Of a stretch of 64,000 nt of DNA, positions 31,775 through 41,545 are shown in pieces (position 1 is the first letter of the stretch; the number at the start of each line of letters is the position of its first letter). The notes beneath the pieces were generated by a model. It made no database searches, had not been told where the DNA came from, and was given only the letters and a program-made list of their open reading frames with translations. The stretch covers positions 3,105-67,104 of the forward strand of contig CAWFOH010000010.1 in NCBI GenBank assembly GCA_963817425.1, in the 5' to 3' direction. The position numbers were made by a program, and so were the translations under genes. The stretch is from an uncultured Actinomycetota bacterium (GTDB lineage: Bacteria; Actinomycetota; Actinomycetes; Propionibacteriales; Nocardioidaceae).

Positions 31775-33186
31775 TGGCGTTGAGCGTGCTCGACCTGTTC
31801 TCCGTCGGTATCGGCCCCTCGTCCTCACACACGGTCGGCCCGATGCGGGCGGCGAAGCGCTTCGCCGAGGGCCTGGCCGGTTCTGGCCGGCTCGATGCCA
31901 CGGTCCGGGTCCAGGCGGAGCTGTTCGGTTCGCTGGGAGCCACCGGCCGCGGTCACGGCTCGGACAAGGCGGTGGTGCTGGGGCTGCAGGGCCTCGACCC
32001 CGAGACGGTCGACACCGCGACCGCTGATGACCAGGTGGCGGAGGCCGTCCTCGATGCGGAGCTCTGGATCGCCGGGCACCGCGTGGACTTCAACTGGGAC
32101 GAGGACGTCGTGCTGCACCGGCGCAAGTCCCTCCCGGCGCACCCCAACGGCATGACGTTCCGGGCACTCGATCACGCCGGTGTGGTGCTCCACGAACGCA
32201 GCTACTACTCCATCGGTGGCGGCTTCGTCGTCGACGGCGATGCTGACGGCGCCGACAAGGTGGTGGCCGACACGACCGTCCTGCCATACCCCTTCACCTC
32301 GGCCGATGAGCTCCTGGAGATCTGCCGGAGCCAGGACATGTCCATCTCCGAGGTCATGCTCGCCAACGAGATGGTGTGGCACAGCGAGGCCGAGCTCAGG
32401 GAGAAGCTCCTGGCGCTGTGGGCCGTCATGCGGGAATGCGTCTACAACGGCTGTGCGAGCGATGGCATCCTGCCCGGCGGGTTGAAGGTCAAGCGGCGCG
32501 CACCGTCGTTGTTCCGCACCCTCACCGCCTCGGCGGCCAGCGTCGAGGCGGCCGCGCTCAGCCATCCCACCAGCCAGCCGCCCGCGGACCCCTTGCTCGC
32601 GATGGAGTGGGTCAACCTGTTCGCGCTCGCGGTGAACGAAGAGAATGCCGCCGGCGGCAGGATCGTCACGGCGCCCACCAACGGCGCAGCGGGGATCGTG
32701 CCGGCGGTCCTGCACTACTACGTCAAGTTCGTGCCCGGTGCGGATGACGACGGTGTCGTGCGGTTCATGCTCGCGGCTGCCGCGGTGGGAATCCTGTTCA
32801 AGATCAATGCCTCGATCTCCGGTGCCGAAGTGGGCTGCCAGGGTGAGGTGGGATCGGCGTGCTCGATGGCCGCAGCGGGGCTGTGCGAGGTGCTGGGCGG
32901 CACACCCACCCAGGTGGAGAACGCTGCAGAGGTGGGCATCGAGCACAACCTCGGGCTCACGTGCGATCCCGTCGGGGGACTCGTGCAGATCCCGTGCATC
33001 GAGCGGAACGCGATTGCGAGCGTCAAGGCGATCAACGCCGCACGGTTGGCCCTTCACGGCGACGGCAGCCACAAGGTGTCGCTCGACAAGGCGATCAAGA
33101 CCATGCGCGAAACCGGCGCGGACATGAAGGACAAGTACAAGGAGACGTCCCGCGGCGGCCTCGCTGTCAACGTCGTTGAGTGCTGA
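31774..33186 (+). CDS. sdaA: L-serine ammonia-lyase (Fe-S)
   Basis: [48 protein letters not shown]. Confidence 0.96.
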   Translation: MALSVLDLFSVGIGPSSSHTVGPMRAAKRFAEGLAGSGRLDATVRVQAELFGSLGATGRGHGSDKAVVLGLQGLDPETVDTATADDQVAEAVLDAELWIAGHRVDFNWDEDVVLHRRKSLPAHPNGMTFRALDHAGVVLHERSYYSIGGGFVVDGDADGADKVVADTTVLPYPFTSADELLEICRSQDMSISEVMLANEMVWHSEAELREKLLALWAVMRECVYNGCASDGILPGGLKVKRRAPSLFRTLTASAASVEAAALSHPTSQPPADPLLAMEWVNLFALAVNEENAAGGRIVTAPTNGAAGIVPAVLHYYVKFVPGADDDGVVRFMLAAAAVGILFKINASISGAEVGCQGEVGSACSMAAAGLCEVLGGTPTQVENAAEVGIEHNLGLTCDPVGGLVQIPCIERNAIASVKAINAARLALHGDGSHKVSLDKAIKTMRETGADMKDKYKETSRGGLAVNVVEC

Positions 33187-33192
33187 GGCGCC

Positions 33193-34291
33193 CTAGGCTT
33201 CGACGATCAGGTCCTCCAGTGGCCTGGAGCAGCACAGGAGGATCTTGCCCTGCGCGATCTCCTTCGGCCGGATGCCGCCCTCGTGATGCATGTCGACGGA
33301 GCCCCGGACGAGGGTTGTCTTGCAGGTGCCGCACATACCGCCTCCACATGAGGACGGGACCCGGATCCCGGCGGCGATGGCCGCCTGGAGCACCGTGACG
33401 TTGGTGTCGCACTCGACGGTCTGGTTGCTGCGCGTGAACTGCACGCTGAAGGCAGCCGGTGCAGCGCCGTCAGTATCTGCCGAAGGGGTCTCATCCGCCG
33501 CTCCGAACGCGAAGGACTCGGTGTGGACCCGGGACGGGGTCGACTCCAGCGGCGTCGAGCAGCTCCTGGGCAGCCGCCATGTAGGCAGCAGGGCCGCACA
33601 GGAAGACCTCACGCTCGTGCAGGTCAGGGGTGATCTCGGCGAGCATCTCCGAGGTCAGTCGGCCGCGACGCCCGTCCCAGGAGTCGTCGCCGGCGTCTTC
33701 GCAGATGATGGCGACGTCGAGGTTGGGGTCCGATGCGGCCAGGTGGTTGAGCTCGGACCTGAACACGATGTGCTCGGGGCTCCGGACGCTGTGCACGAGC
33801 ACGACGTCGGTCGGTTCGGCGAGGTCGTGCAGCGTGCGAATCATCGACATCGAAGGGGTGATCCCCACCCCGGCGGACAGGAACAGGTACTTGGCCGAGG
33901 GGTGTTCGGCGATCGTGAATGATCCGAGTGGACCAGTCGCGCTGACCCGATCGCCCACCCTCAGCTTGTCGTGCAGCCAGTTCGACACCAGGCCGTCGGG
34001 CTCACGCTTGACGCTGATGCTCATGGCGTACGGGCGCGTCGCCGGCGAGGAGATCGTGTAGCACCGGCTGACGGGCTGCCCGTCGACGTCGACGGTCAAG
34101 GTGAGGTACTGGCCCGGCAGGTGGCGGAAGAATCGTGGCTCCGGCGCCTCGAAGACGAACGTGCTGATCTCCTCCGTCACCGGAACGATCCCGCGACAGA
34201 TCAGCTTCTCCTCGGCGCTGTCGTCCCACATGCGAGGCGGTCGGCGGTCCTGCGTGAGCATCGCGCTGAAGGTCTGGGTCAACACCGTCAT
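33193..34291 (-). CDS. FAD/2Fe-2S reductase partner of Rieske demethylase (GbcB-like), frameshift near 33537
   Basis: RCYTISS, AGVGITP, CGP; C-terminal CGGGMCGTC ferredoxin domain in a second frame; extra base in a C run. Confidence 0.85.
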
Positions 34292-35554
34292 GACGACAGG
34301 TGCTCCTGCAACCGGTCGATGTACCAGGTGCAGAACGCCTCGACCTGGTACTCGCTGGGCATGTAGGGGCCGGGCTCGTACGCGGGACTGGCCGCGCCGA
34401 GCTGTGCACGGGCCACGAAGGCAGCATCTTGCGCGTTGGTCTCGCGCCAGACCTTCGTGAGCGCCTCGGGGTCGTAGTCGACGCCCTCCTCGGCATCCTC
34501 ATGCACCAGCCAGGTCGTGCGTACGAGCGTCCGGCCCGCGCTCAACGGGAGGACCGCGAACGTCACGGCATGGTCACTGAGGAAGTGGAACCAGGCGTTG
34601 GGCTGGAGGTGCAACGACAGCCGGCCAAGACGCCGGTGCTCGAGGTCGCCGAGCAGCAGGTTCGAGACCGACTCGCCGGTCTCGCTGAAGGACTCGCCGG
34701 CACCGTCCAGCGCCTCGCGCTGGATGCGGAAGCCGGACAGGCGTGTCGTGAGCTGCTCGATGGCGGCGTACGGCAGACCGAGCTCATCGCACGTGGCCTC
34801 GAGCTGCGCCTGGGCGAGCAGATAGCGATCGTGGCCCGGCTGGAGGTGGGGAGGGATGTCCGACGAGCCATATCCGAAGGTGGGGAAGAGGGAGCACGCC
34901 AGCTCGGGATGTCCGTCGCAGTGGTAGCACTCGCGATTGTTCTCCATCACGAGCTTCCAGTTGCCCTCCTCGACCAGGTCGACCTGGGCCGCCACCTTCG
35001 TCCTGCCCAGCTGGTGGGGTGCGATGTAGGGGCTGATGATGTCTGAGACCCGGGCAAGATCCTCGCGGAGGTTCGTCGGCCAGGCAGATGAAGATCAGGC
35101 CGCTGACCACCTGTGTCGCGACCTGCTTCAGGCCGAAGCACGACATGTCGAAGTCCTTGCCGTGCGTGGGGGCGTGGCGCAGCCGACCGTCTGTGGCGTA
35201 CGCCCAGTGGTGGTAGCCGCACACCAGGTTGCCCACGGAGCCTTGCGCGTCGGTGAGGATGCGCGCACCGCGATGCCGGCAGACATTGTGCAGGGCTCGA
35301 ACCTCTTCGTCGTCATCGCGGACGACGATGACCGAGTACGTCCCGAGGTTGATGGTGACGTAGTCGCCTGCGTCGGGGATCTCGCCTTCTGATGCGACGA
35401 AGATCCACTGCTTCGAGAAGATGCCCGCGATGTCCGCCTGGTAGATCTCGTCGGACGTGTAGAACGGCGCCTCGAGGCTCAGTCCCGGCTCTCGTCGTTC
35501 CGCCAGTGCGGCGATGTCCAGTTGGTGCGGGGGATCCAAGAGGCGAGCGTCCAT
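34288..35554 (-). CDS. Rieske oxygenase alpha subunit, betaine demethylase-like (GbcA/Stc2 family), frameshift near 35066
   Basis: CRHRG...CGYHHW Rieske motif; NWKLVMENNRECYHC mononuclear Fe motif; TNAQD. Confidence 0.85.
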
Positions 35555-35581
35555 AGCGGAATCCTAGGATCCACCACTCTT

Positions 35582-35616
35582 CATGAACAGCGCACGAAAA
35601 TGTACGAAAACGTGCA
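35582..35616. promoter_or_regulatory. 35-bp element upstream of Rieske gene (candidate LysR site)
   Basis: Reverse complement matches 36586-36620 at 30/35 positions. Confidence 0.65.
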
Positions 35617-35630
35617 GCTGAGGTGCACGG

Positions 35631-36575
35631 TCAGGAGTGGTGGTTCTCGTCCGCAGCCAGTTGGACGGCAGCGAGCGCTGCGGGGCCCACGTCGTCGAGC
35701 GTCCGGATCGCCTCGGAGACGATGGGGAGACCGCGACTGCCGCGACGAATGCCGGTGATGATGTGCCTGGTGGGCCTGGGATCGCCATGGAGCGGGACGC
35801 GTACGACGGGATATCCGGCAGGCAGGCGGGCCAGCCGCGGGATCAACGCCACCCCGAGCTCGGCCCCGACGAGGGCGGCGGCCGTCTCCCACTCGACCAC
35901 CTCGTGCGCAATCGTCGGCACGAAGCCGGCCGTCGCACAGGCGGTCATGAAGAGCTGATGGTACGGACGACCGACGCGGTCGACGATCCAGCGCTCGGTG
36001 GCGACTTCGTGGAAGGACGCTGATTCATGTCCGGCGAGCCGGTGGTTGGTCGAGATCAGGAGATCGAGCGGGTCGTTCAGGAGCGGCTGCTGATAGAAGC
36101 GGGGATCACCTGCAGGCGGGATCTCCTGCGTCACGGCCACGACTGCGACATCTGCTTCGCCGGCGAGCAACAGATCGAAGCATTCGGCCGGTCCGGCCTC
36201 GATGATTCGGACGTCGAGGTTCGGATAGGTTCGCAACAGGCGTGCAGCGACCGGGGGGAGCAGCGCCGCAGCGGCCGTGGAGAAGCCGCACATGCGCAGC
36301 TCGACCATGGTCTCGTCGGCACCGGCGATCACCTCGGCGCGGATCTGCTCCCAGCTCTCGAACAGGTCGTCGGCGCGGGAGAGCAGGAGGCGTCCAGCAG
36401 GCGTCAGCTTCACCCCTCGGCCCTTGGGGACCAGCAAGGAAACTCCGAGCTGCTCAGACAACGAACGGAGCTGGGCCGACACGGCCGACGGCGTGTAGTG
36501 CAAGGCTTCGGCGGTCGCGGTCACGGTGCCGTGGTGGGCGAGCAGGCGAAGCACATGGAGCCGGTGATCGATCAT
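35631..36575 (-). CDS. LysR-family regulator
   Basis: [33 protein letters not shown]. Confidence 0.93.
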   Translation of the reverse strand: MIDHRLHVLRLLAHHGTVTATAEALHYTPSAVSAQLRSLSEQLGVSLLVPKGRGVKLTPAGRLLLSRADDLFESWEQIRAEVIAGADETMVELRMCGFSTAAAALLPPVAARLLRTYPNLDVRIIEAGPAECFDLLLAGEADVAVVAVTQEIPPAGDPRFYQQPLLNDPLDLLISTNHRLAGHESASFHEVATERWIVDRVGRPYHQLFMTACATAGFVPTIAHEVVEWETAAALVGAELGVALIPRLARLPAGYPVVRVPLHGDPRPTRHIITGIRRGSRGLPIVSEAIRTLDDVGPAALAAVQLAADENHHS

Positions 36576-36585
36576 CCACCAGTTT

Positions 36586-36620
36586 TGCACGATTTCGTAT
36601 GGATTCGTGCGCTGTTCATG
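36586..36620. promoter_or_regulatory. 35-bp element in the LysR/folD divergent promoter (candidate LysR site)
   Basis: TGCACGATTTCGTATGGATTCGTGCGCTGTTCATG, inverted copy of 35582-35616. Confidence 0.65.
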
Positions 36621-36673
36621 CAGGGTTGTCGAATCTACGATGCCAAGAACCAGACCAGATGGGACTCGATCAC

Positions 36674-37525
36674 GTGACTGCGCAGATTCTTGATGGCAAG
36701 GCGGTTGCGGCCGCGATGAAGGATGAGCTCCGGGTGCGTGTGGATGCGCTGCGTGAGCGGGGTGTGACGGCGGGGTTGGGCACGATTCTGGTCGGGAGTG
36801 ATCCGGGTAGTCAGTGGTATGTCGCGGGCAAGCATCGGGATTGTGCGCAGGTGGGGATCGAGTCGTTGCGGATCGATCTGCCGGAGACGGCGTCGCAGGC
36901 TGAGGTTGAGGCTGCGGTTGATGAGTTGAATGCCGATCCGGCGTGCACGGGTTACATCGTGCAGCTGCCGTTGCCCAAGGGTTTGGATGAGAACGCGGTG
37001 ATCGGTCGGATCGATCCGGTCAAGGATGCTGATGGTTTGCATCCGACGAATCTGGGGTGGTTGGTGTTGGGCAAGGAGGCGCCGTTGCCGTGCACCCCGC
37101 GGGGGATCATCGAGCTGTTGCGCCGCCATGAGGTGCCGATCGCGGGCCAGCATGTGGTGGTGGTGGGTCGGGGGATCACGGTGGGTCGGCCGATGGGGTT
37201 GTTGTTGACCCGGCGTAGTGAGAACGCGACGGTGACGTTGTGCCATACCGGCACCCGTGATCTGGGTGAAGAGGTGCGTCGTGCGGACATCGTGATCGCC
37301 GGTGCCGGGGTGCCGGGCATCATCACCGCTGACATGGTCAAGCCCGGTGCCGCGCTGCTGGATGTCGGGGTGAGTCGTGATGAGAACGGGATCGTGGGCG
37401 ATGTGGACCCCAAGGCGTACGAGGTCGCTGGTTGGATCTCACCCAACCCCGGGGGAGTGGGCCCGATGACCCGCGCGATGCTGCTGGCCAACGTCGTCGA
37501 GACCGCGGAGCGGCTCAACCCGTGA
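36674..37525 (+). CDS. folD: Methylenetetrahydrofolate dehydrogenase/cyclohydrolase
   Basis: [35 protein letters not shown]. Confidence 0.96.
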   Translation: MTAQILDGKAVAAAMKDELRVRVDALRERGVTAGLGTILVGSDPGSQWYVAGKHRDCAQVGIESLRIDLPETASQAEVEAAVDELNADPACTGYIVQLPLPKGLDENAVIGRIDPVKDADGLHPTNLGWLVLGKEAPLPCTPRGIIELLRRHEVPIAGQHVVVVGRGITVGRPMGLLLTRRSENATVTLCHTGTRDLGEEVRRADIVIAGAGVPGIITADMVKPGAALLDVGVSRDENGIVGDVDPKAYEVAGWISPNPGGVGPMTRAMLLANVVETAERLNP

Positions 37526-37529
37526 CGTA

Positions 37530-37576
37530 GACGCAAAGACGCCTCCATGCCGCGGCATGGAGGCGTCTTTTGCGTC
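37530..37576. terminator. Bidirectional hairpin between convergent folD and mttB-like genes
   Basis: AAAGACGCCTCCATGCC-gc-GGCATGGAGGCGTCTTT. Confidence 0.85.
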
Positions 37577-37585
37577 ACAGCTGGG

Positions 37586-39025
37586 TCAGTCGCCGAGCTC
37601 GGTCCGGCGACGGTTGACGTAGGCCTCGAGCTCTTCCCTGATGCTCTCGTCGAGCGCCGGCTGCTCGTACTCCTCGAGCCGCTTCTTGTAGATGACCTCG
37701 GCGCGCTGGTTGGTGTCGAGCGAACCGTTGCGGGTCCACTTGTCGAAGTTGTCCGAGCTCGACAGGAACGGCCGGTGGAAGCAGGTGCGGAACCGCTCCA
37801 TGGTGTGCGCGGCACCGAGGAAGTGACCACCGTGGCCGACCTCGACGTGGGCATCGAACGCGAGTGAGCCCTCGTCGATCTCGAGCGGGGTGAACTCGGC
37901 TCGCAGCATCTGCAGCAGCTCGACGTCCATGATGAACTTCTCGTAGCCGGCGACCAGCCCGCCCTCGAGCCAGCCGGCGGAGTGCATGACCCAGTTGGCC
38001 CCGGCCAGGAACGTCGGCATCAGTGTCATGAGCGACTCGTAGCCGGCCTGCGCGTCGGCCTGGTGGGCGGACGTGAGCCCGCCACCTGAGCGGAACGGCA
38101 GGCCGAAGCGCCGCGCGATCTGCCCGGTGCACAGCAGGCCGATGCCGGACTCGGGCGTGCCGAACGTCGGCGAGCCCGACTGCATGTCGATGTTGGACAG
38201 GAACGAACCGAAGATGACCGGCGTACCGGGGCGCACCAGCTGGGCCAGCGCGATGCCCGACAGGGCCTCGACGATCTGCTGCACGAGGGCGGCCGGAATC
38301 GTGACCGGCGACATCGCGCCCATCAGGATGAACGGGGTCAGGACGACGGGCTGGCCCGCCTTGGCGTACTCGAGCAAGGACTCCAGCATGCGGTCGTCCC
38401 ACCGCAGCGGTGAGTTGCAGTTGATCAGCGAGATCGAGACGGGCGTCTTCTCGATCGCCTCGCGGCCGCCGAACATGATCTCGCCCATCGCGATGGTGTC
38501 GCGGGCGTTCTCACCCGTCACGACGTTGCCCATGTAGATCTTGTCGGTCAGGGTCTGCAGCGCGTAGATCATGTCGAGGTGCCGGGAGTCGAGCGGCGTG
38601 TCGTACGGCTCGCAGATGATGCCGCCGGCCGAGTCGAGCTCGGCGTAGCCCTGGGCCAGCTTCGTGAAGTTGCGGAAGTCGTCCATCATCGCGTCGCGGC
38701 GTACGGCACCCTCGCGGACGAACGGGGGACCGTAGACCCCGCTGAACGCCATCATGTCGCCGCCGATGTGCACGTTGTTGGCGGGGTTGCGGGCCTGGAC
38801 GTCGAACTCCTTGGGCGCCTTGGCGACCTGGGCGAGCACGAACTCCGGATCGAGGAAGACCGTGTTGTCGACGACCTTCTGGCCTGCCTTGCGGAAAAGC
38901 TCGAGGGCGTCTTCGTGCATGAACTCGACGCCGACCTCGGTCATCAGGCGTCGCCACGCGGCCTCCAGCGATGCCATCGCGTCCTGGGACAGGATCTCGT
39001 AGCGCGGCATCTTGTTCTCGAACAT
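37586..39025 (-). CDS. Non-pyrrolysine MttB-superfamily methyltransferase (MtgB-like quaternary amine:corrinoid methyltransferase)
   Basis: YGPPFV, NCNSPLRWD, GAMSPVT, SGSPTFGTPE, RSGGGLTS..DAQAGYES, HSAGWLEGGL..GYEKF, GHFLG; no in-frame TAG. Confidence 0.9.
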   Translation of the reverse strand: MFENKMPRYEILSQDAMASLEAAWRRLMTEVGVEFMHEDALELFRKAGQKVVDNTVFLDPEFVLAQVAKAPKEFDVQARNPANNVHIGGDMMAFSGVYGPPFVREGAVRRDAMMDDFRNFTKLAQGYAELDSAGGIICEPYDTPLDSRHLDMIYALQTLTDKIYMGNVVTGENARDTIAMGEIMFGGREAIEKTPVSISLINCNSPLRWDDRMLESLLEYAKAGQPVVLTPFILMGAMSPVTIPAALVQQIVEALSGIALAQLVRPGTPVIFGSFLSNIDMQSGSPTFGTPESGIGLLCTGQIARRFGLPFRSGGGLTSAHQADAQAGYESLMTLMPTFLAGANWVMHSAGWLEGGLVAGYEKFIMDVELLQMLRAEFTPLEIDEGSLAFDAHVEVGHGGHFLGAAHTMERFRTCFHRPFLSSSDNFDKWTRNGSLDTNQRAEVIYKKRLEEYEQPALDESIREELEAYVNRRRTELGD

Positions 39026-39127
39026 CGGACCTCCAAAGACCCTAAAAGTGGCGGGCCCGGAAACTGCTCTGCCCGCAATGCTTGACCCCAACGATTCGGG
39101 ATCTTACCCTCATGTAGTGGGATTCCG

Positions 39128-39144
39128 GTTCCACACTATGGAAC
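39128..39144. promoter_or_regulatory. 17-bp palindrome between mttB-like gene and second IclR
   Basis: GTTCCA-CACTA-TGGAAC. Confidence 0.6.
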
Positions 39145-39208
39145 TATCGCGATCTTGTGAAGAGCGCGCCCACCCCCAATTTCGGCCGAGTCGAGAAAGC
39201 GTGGATCG

Positions 39209-39973
39209 ATGAGCAACGGCACCCAGTCCCTCGATCGTGCAGCTGAGCTGCTGTCGTTGGTCGTGCGCGCCGAAGAGCCCATCTCCTACACGACGATCGT
39301 CGGCCAGACCGGCCTCGCCCGCTCGACGGCGTCACGGCTGTTGCAGGGGCTCGAGCGCAACGGTCTGCTCGAGCGTGATCGCGACGGAGCCTTCCGCGGA
39401 GGCGCCCTGTTCGCGCACTACGCCAGCAAGTTCGACCGCGTCGAGGCCCTGGTCGCTGCGTCGCAGCCCAACCTCGACCGCCTCGCCGAGGCCACCGGAG
39501 AGACCGTCAACCTGGCGGTGTCCCGAGGCGACACCGTGGTGCAGGTCGCCCAGATCGACTCGACCTTCATGATCGGTGCGTTGAACTGGGTCGGCATCGA
39601 CGTTCCGCCGCACTGCTCGTCGCTGGGCAAGGTGATGTACGCCTTCGGCGCACTCCCGCTGCCCAAGGGCGAGCTCGAGCGGCGCACTCCGGCAACCATC
39701 ACAGACACGGCCGAGCTCAAGGCAGAGCTCGATCGCGTACGTGAACGCGGCTTCGCCATCACGCGTGGCGAGCTCGAGGAGGGGCTGGACGGCATTGCCG
39801 CGCCCGTCTTCGGCGCCGACGGCCACATCCTGGCCGCCCTGGGAGTCTCCGGTCCTGCGTTCCGGATCGAGGACTCCCTCACCAGCATCGGCGACCTCCT
39901 GGTCGCCGAGTCACAACAGCTGACCCGACTGCTCGCCCGTCGCATACGAAAGGAATCCCGCAATGACTCCTGA
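39209..39973 (+). CDS. IclR-family regulator of the corrinoid module
   Basis: TQSLDRA, GLARSTASRLL, HCSSLGK. Confidence 0.92.
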   Translation: MSNGTQSLDRAAELLSLVVRAEEPISYTTIVGQTGLARSTASRLLQGLERNGLLERDRDGAFRGGALFAHYASKFDRVEALVAASQPNLDRLAEATGETVNLAVSRGDTVVQVAQIDSTFMIGALNWVGIDVPPHCSSLGKVMYAFGALPLPKGELERRTPATITDTAELKAELDRVRERGFAITRGELEEGLDGIAAPVFGADGHILAALGVSGPAFRIEDSLTSIGDLLVAESQQLTRLLARRIRKESRNDS

Positions 39974-40631
39974 AGAAGTCCTGCAAGGGCTCTACGACGA
40001 GACGCTCGTCGGCAATGCGCCCCGTGTCCTCGAGCTCACCAAGCTCGGCATCGAGATGGACATGGGCCCGGAGACGCTGCTGTTCGACGCGCTGATCCCT
40101 TCGCTGGAGGAGGTCGGTGCGCGCTTCGAGCGGGGAGACTTCTTCGTGCCCGAGATGCTGATCGCCGGCCGGGCGATGAGTGGGGCGCTCGACGTGCTGC
40201 GCCCGCTGCTTGCGGAGACCGGCGCGGAGACCGTCGGCACGTTCCTGATGGGCACCGTCAAGGGCGACGTGCACGACATCGGCAAGAACCTCGTCAACAT
40301 CATGCTCGAGGGCGCAGGATTCCACGTCATCGATCTCGGCGTGCAGGTGCCGCCGGAGAAGTTCGTCGAGGCCATCACCGAGCACAAGCCGGACATCGTC
40401 GGCATGTCGGCATTCCTCACCACGACGATGCCGATGTTCAAGGCCAACATCAACGCGCTCGAGAAGGCCGGCATGCGCGACAACGTCATCGTCATGGTCG
40501 GTGGCGCGCCGGTCACGCAGGAGTACGCCGACGCGGTCGGCGCCGACGCCTATGCGCCGGACGCCTCGGCGACGGTCAAGAAGGCCAAGGACCTGATCAT
40601 GCGCCGCCGCGAAGCCGCCGTCGGCGTCTGA
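39963..40631 (+). CDS. Corrinoid (cobalamin-binding) protein, MtgC/MttC-like
   Basis: Cap domain (FFVPEML) plus DVHDIGKN B12-binding motif, SAFLTTT, VGGAP. Confidence 0.95.
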   Translation: MTPEEVLQGLYDETLVGNAPRVLELTKLGIEMDMGPETLLFDALIPSLEEVGARFERGDFFVPEMLIAGRAMSGALDVLRPLLAETGAETVGTFLMGTVKGDVHDIGKNLVNIMLEGAGFHVIDLGVQVPPEKFVEAITEHKPDIVGMSAFLTTTMPMFKANINALEKAGMRDNVIVMVGGAPVTQEYADAVGADAYAPDASATVKKAKDLIMRRREAAVGV

Positions 40632-40660
40632 TTCCCAACCCCAGCAACCAGGAGCTCGTA

Positions 40661-41545
40661 GTGCACACCATCATCCGTTCGGCCAGCAAGGAAGTCGTGA
40701 TCGGTCACGACCAGAAGTTCTGCATCATCGGAGAGCGCATCAACCCGACCGGACGACGGATCTTCCAGGAGCAGCTGCGCGCCGGCGACATGTCGGCGAT
40801 CGAGCGCGACGTCGAGGCGCAGGTCGCCAACGGAGCGATGGTCCTCGACGTCAACATGGGCGTGCCGCTGACGGATGAGCCGGAGCTCCTCGGGCGGGCC
40901 ATCAAGCTCGTCCAGAGCCGCACGGACCTGCCGATCTGCATCGACTCCTCCGTCGTGGAGGCGCTCGAGGTCGGCCTGGCCGCATACGAGGGCCGGGCGT
41001 TGGTCAACTCGATCACGGCCGAGGATGACCGCATGGAGGCGATCCTGCCGCTGGTCAAGAAGTACAACGCTGCCGTCATCGCACTGCCCAACGATCACGA
41101 CGAGATCCCGATGGAGCCGGAGAAGCGACTCGAGCTCGTCGACAAGATCGTCCGCGTGGCGACCACGGAGTACGGCATTGCGCTCGAGGACATCGTGATC
41201 GATCCCCTCGCGATGCCGATCGGCGCCGATCCGCAGGTCGGGCGGTCGTTCTTCCAGACCGTGTCCGGCATCCGCGATCGCTGGGGCATCAACACGACCT
41301 GCGGTGCCGGCAACAACTCGTTCGGCATGCCGGGTCGCGACGACCTCGGTGCCTCGTTCCTTCCGATGGCGATCGCCGCGGGGCTGACGTCCGCGATCAT
41401 GGACGCCCGCAGCCCGCGCATGGTCAGGGCGGTCAAGGCTGCCGACGTCGTGATGGGCAACGACGAGTGGGGCATGGCGTGGATCGCTGACTTCCGTGCG
41501 AAGCAAGCCGTCGAGAAGGCGGCCCAGGAGGCTGCAACAGCCTGA
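40661..41545 (+). CDS. Methylcorrinoid:tetrahydrofolate methyltransferase (pterin-binding, MtgA/AcsE-like)
   Basis: IIGERINPTG, LDVNMG, ICIDSS, LVNSIT, IDPL, NNSFGMP. Confidence 0.9.
   Translation: MHTIIRSASKEVVIGHDQKFCIIGERINPTGRRIFQEQLRAGDMSAIERDVEAQVANGAMVLDVNMGVPLTDEPELLGRAIKLVQSRTDLPICIDSSVVEALEVGLAAYEGRALVNSITAEDDRMEAILPLVKKYNAAVIALPNDHDEIPMEPEKRLELVDKIVRVATTEYGIALEDIVIDPLAMPIGADPQVGRSFFQTVSGIRDRWGINTTCGAGNNSFGMPGRDDLGASFLPMAIAAGLTSAIMDARSPRMVRAVKAADVVMGNDEWGMAWIADFRAKQAVEKAAQEAATA

Noticed and set aside
37586-39025. Pyrrolysine-containing trimethylamine methyltransferase
   Set aside because: No in-frame TAG; the equivalent region reads RSGGGLTS, and no pyl genes are in the window.
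39026-39208. Cobalamin or SAM riboswitch upstream of the B12 module
   Set aside because: No recognisable B12-box or SAM-riboswitch core by eye; an Rfam scan would be decisive.
39963-41545. Conventional methionine synthase MetH
   Set aside because: The domains are separate genes; no homocysteine-binding or SAM-reactivation domain is in the window.
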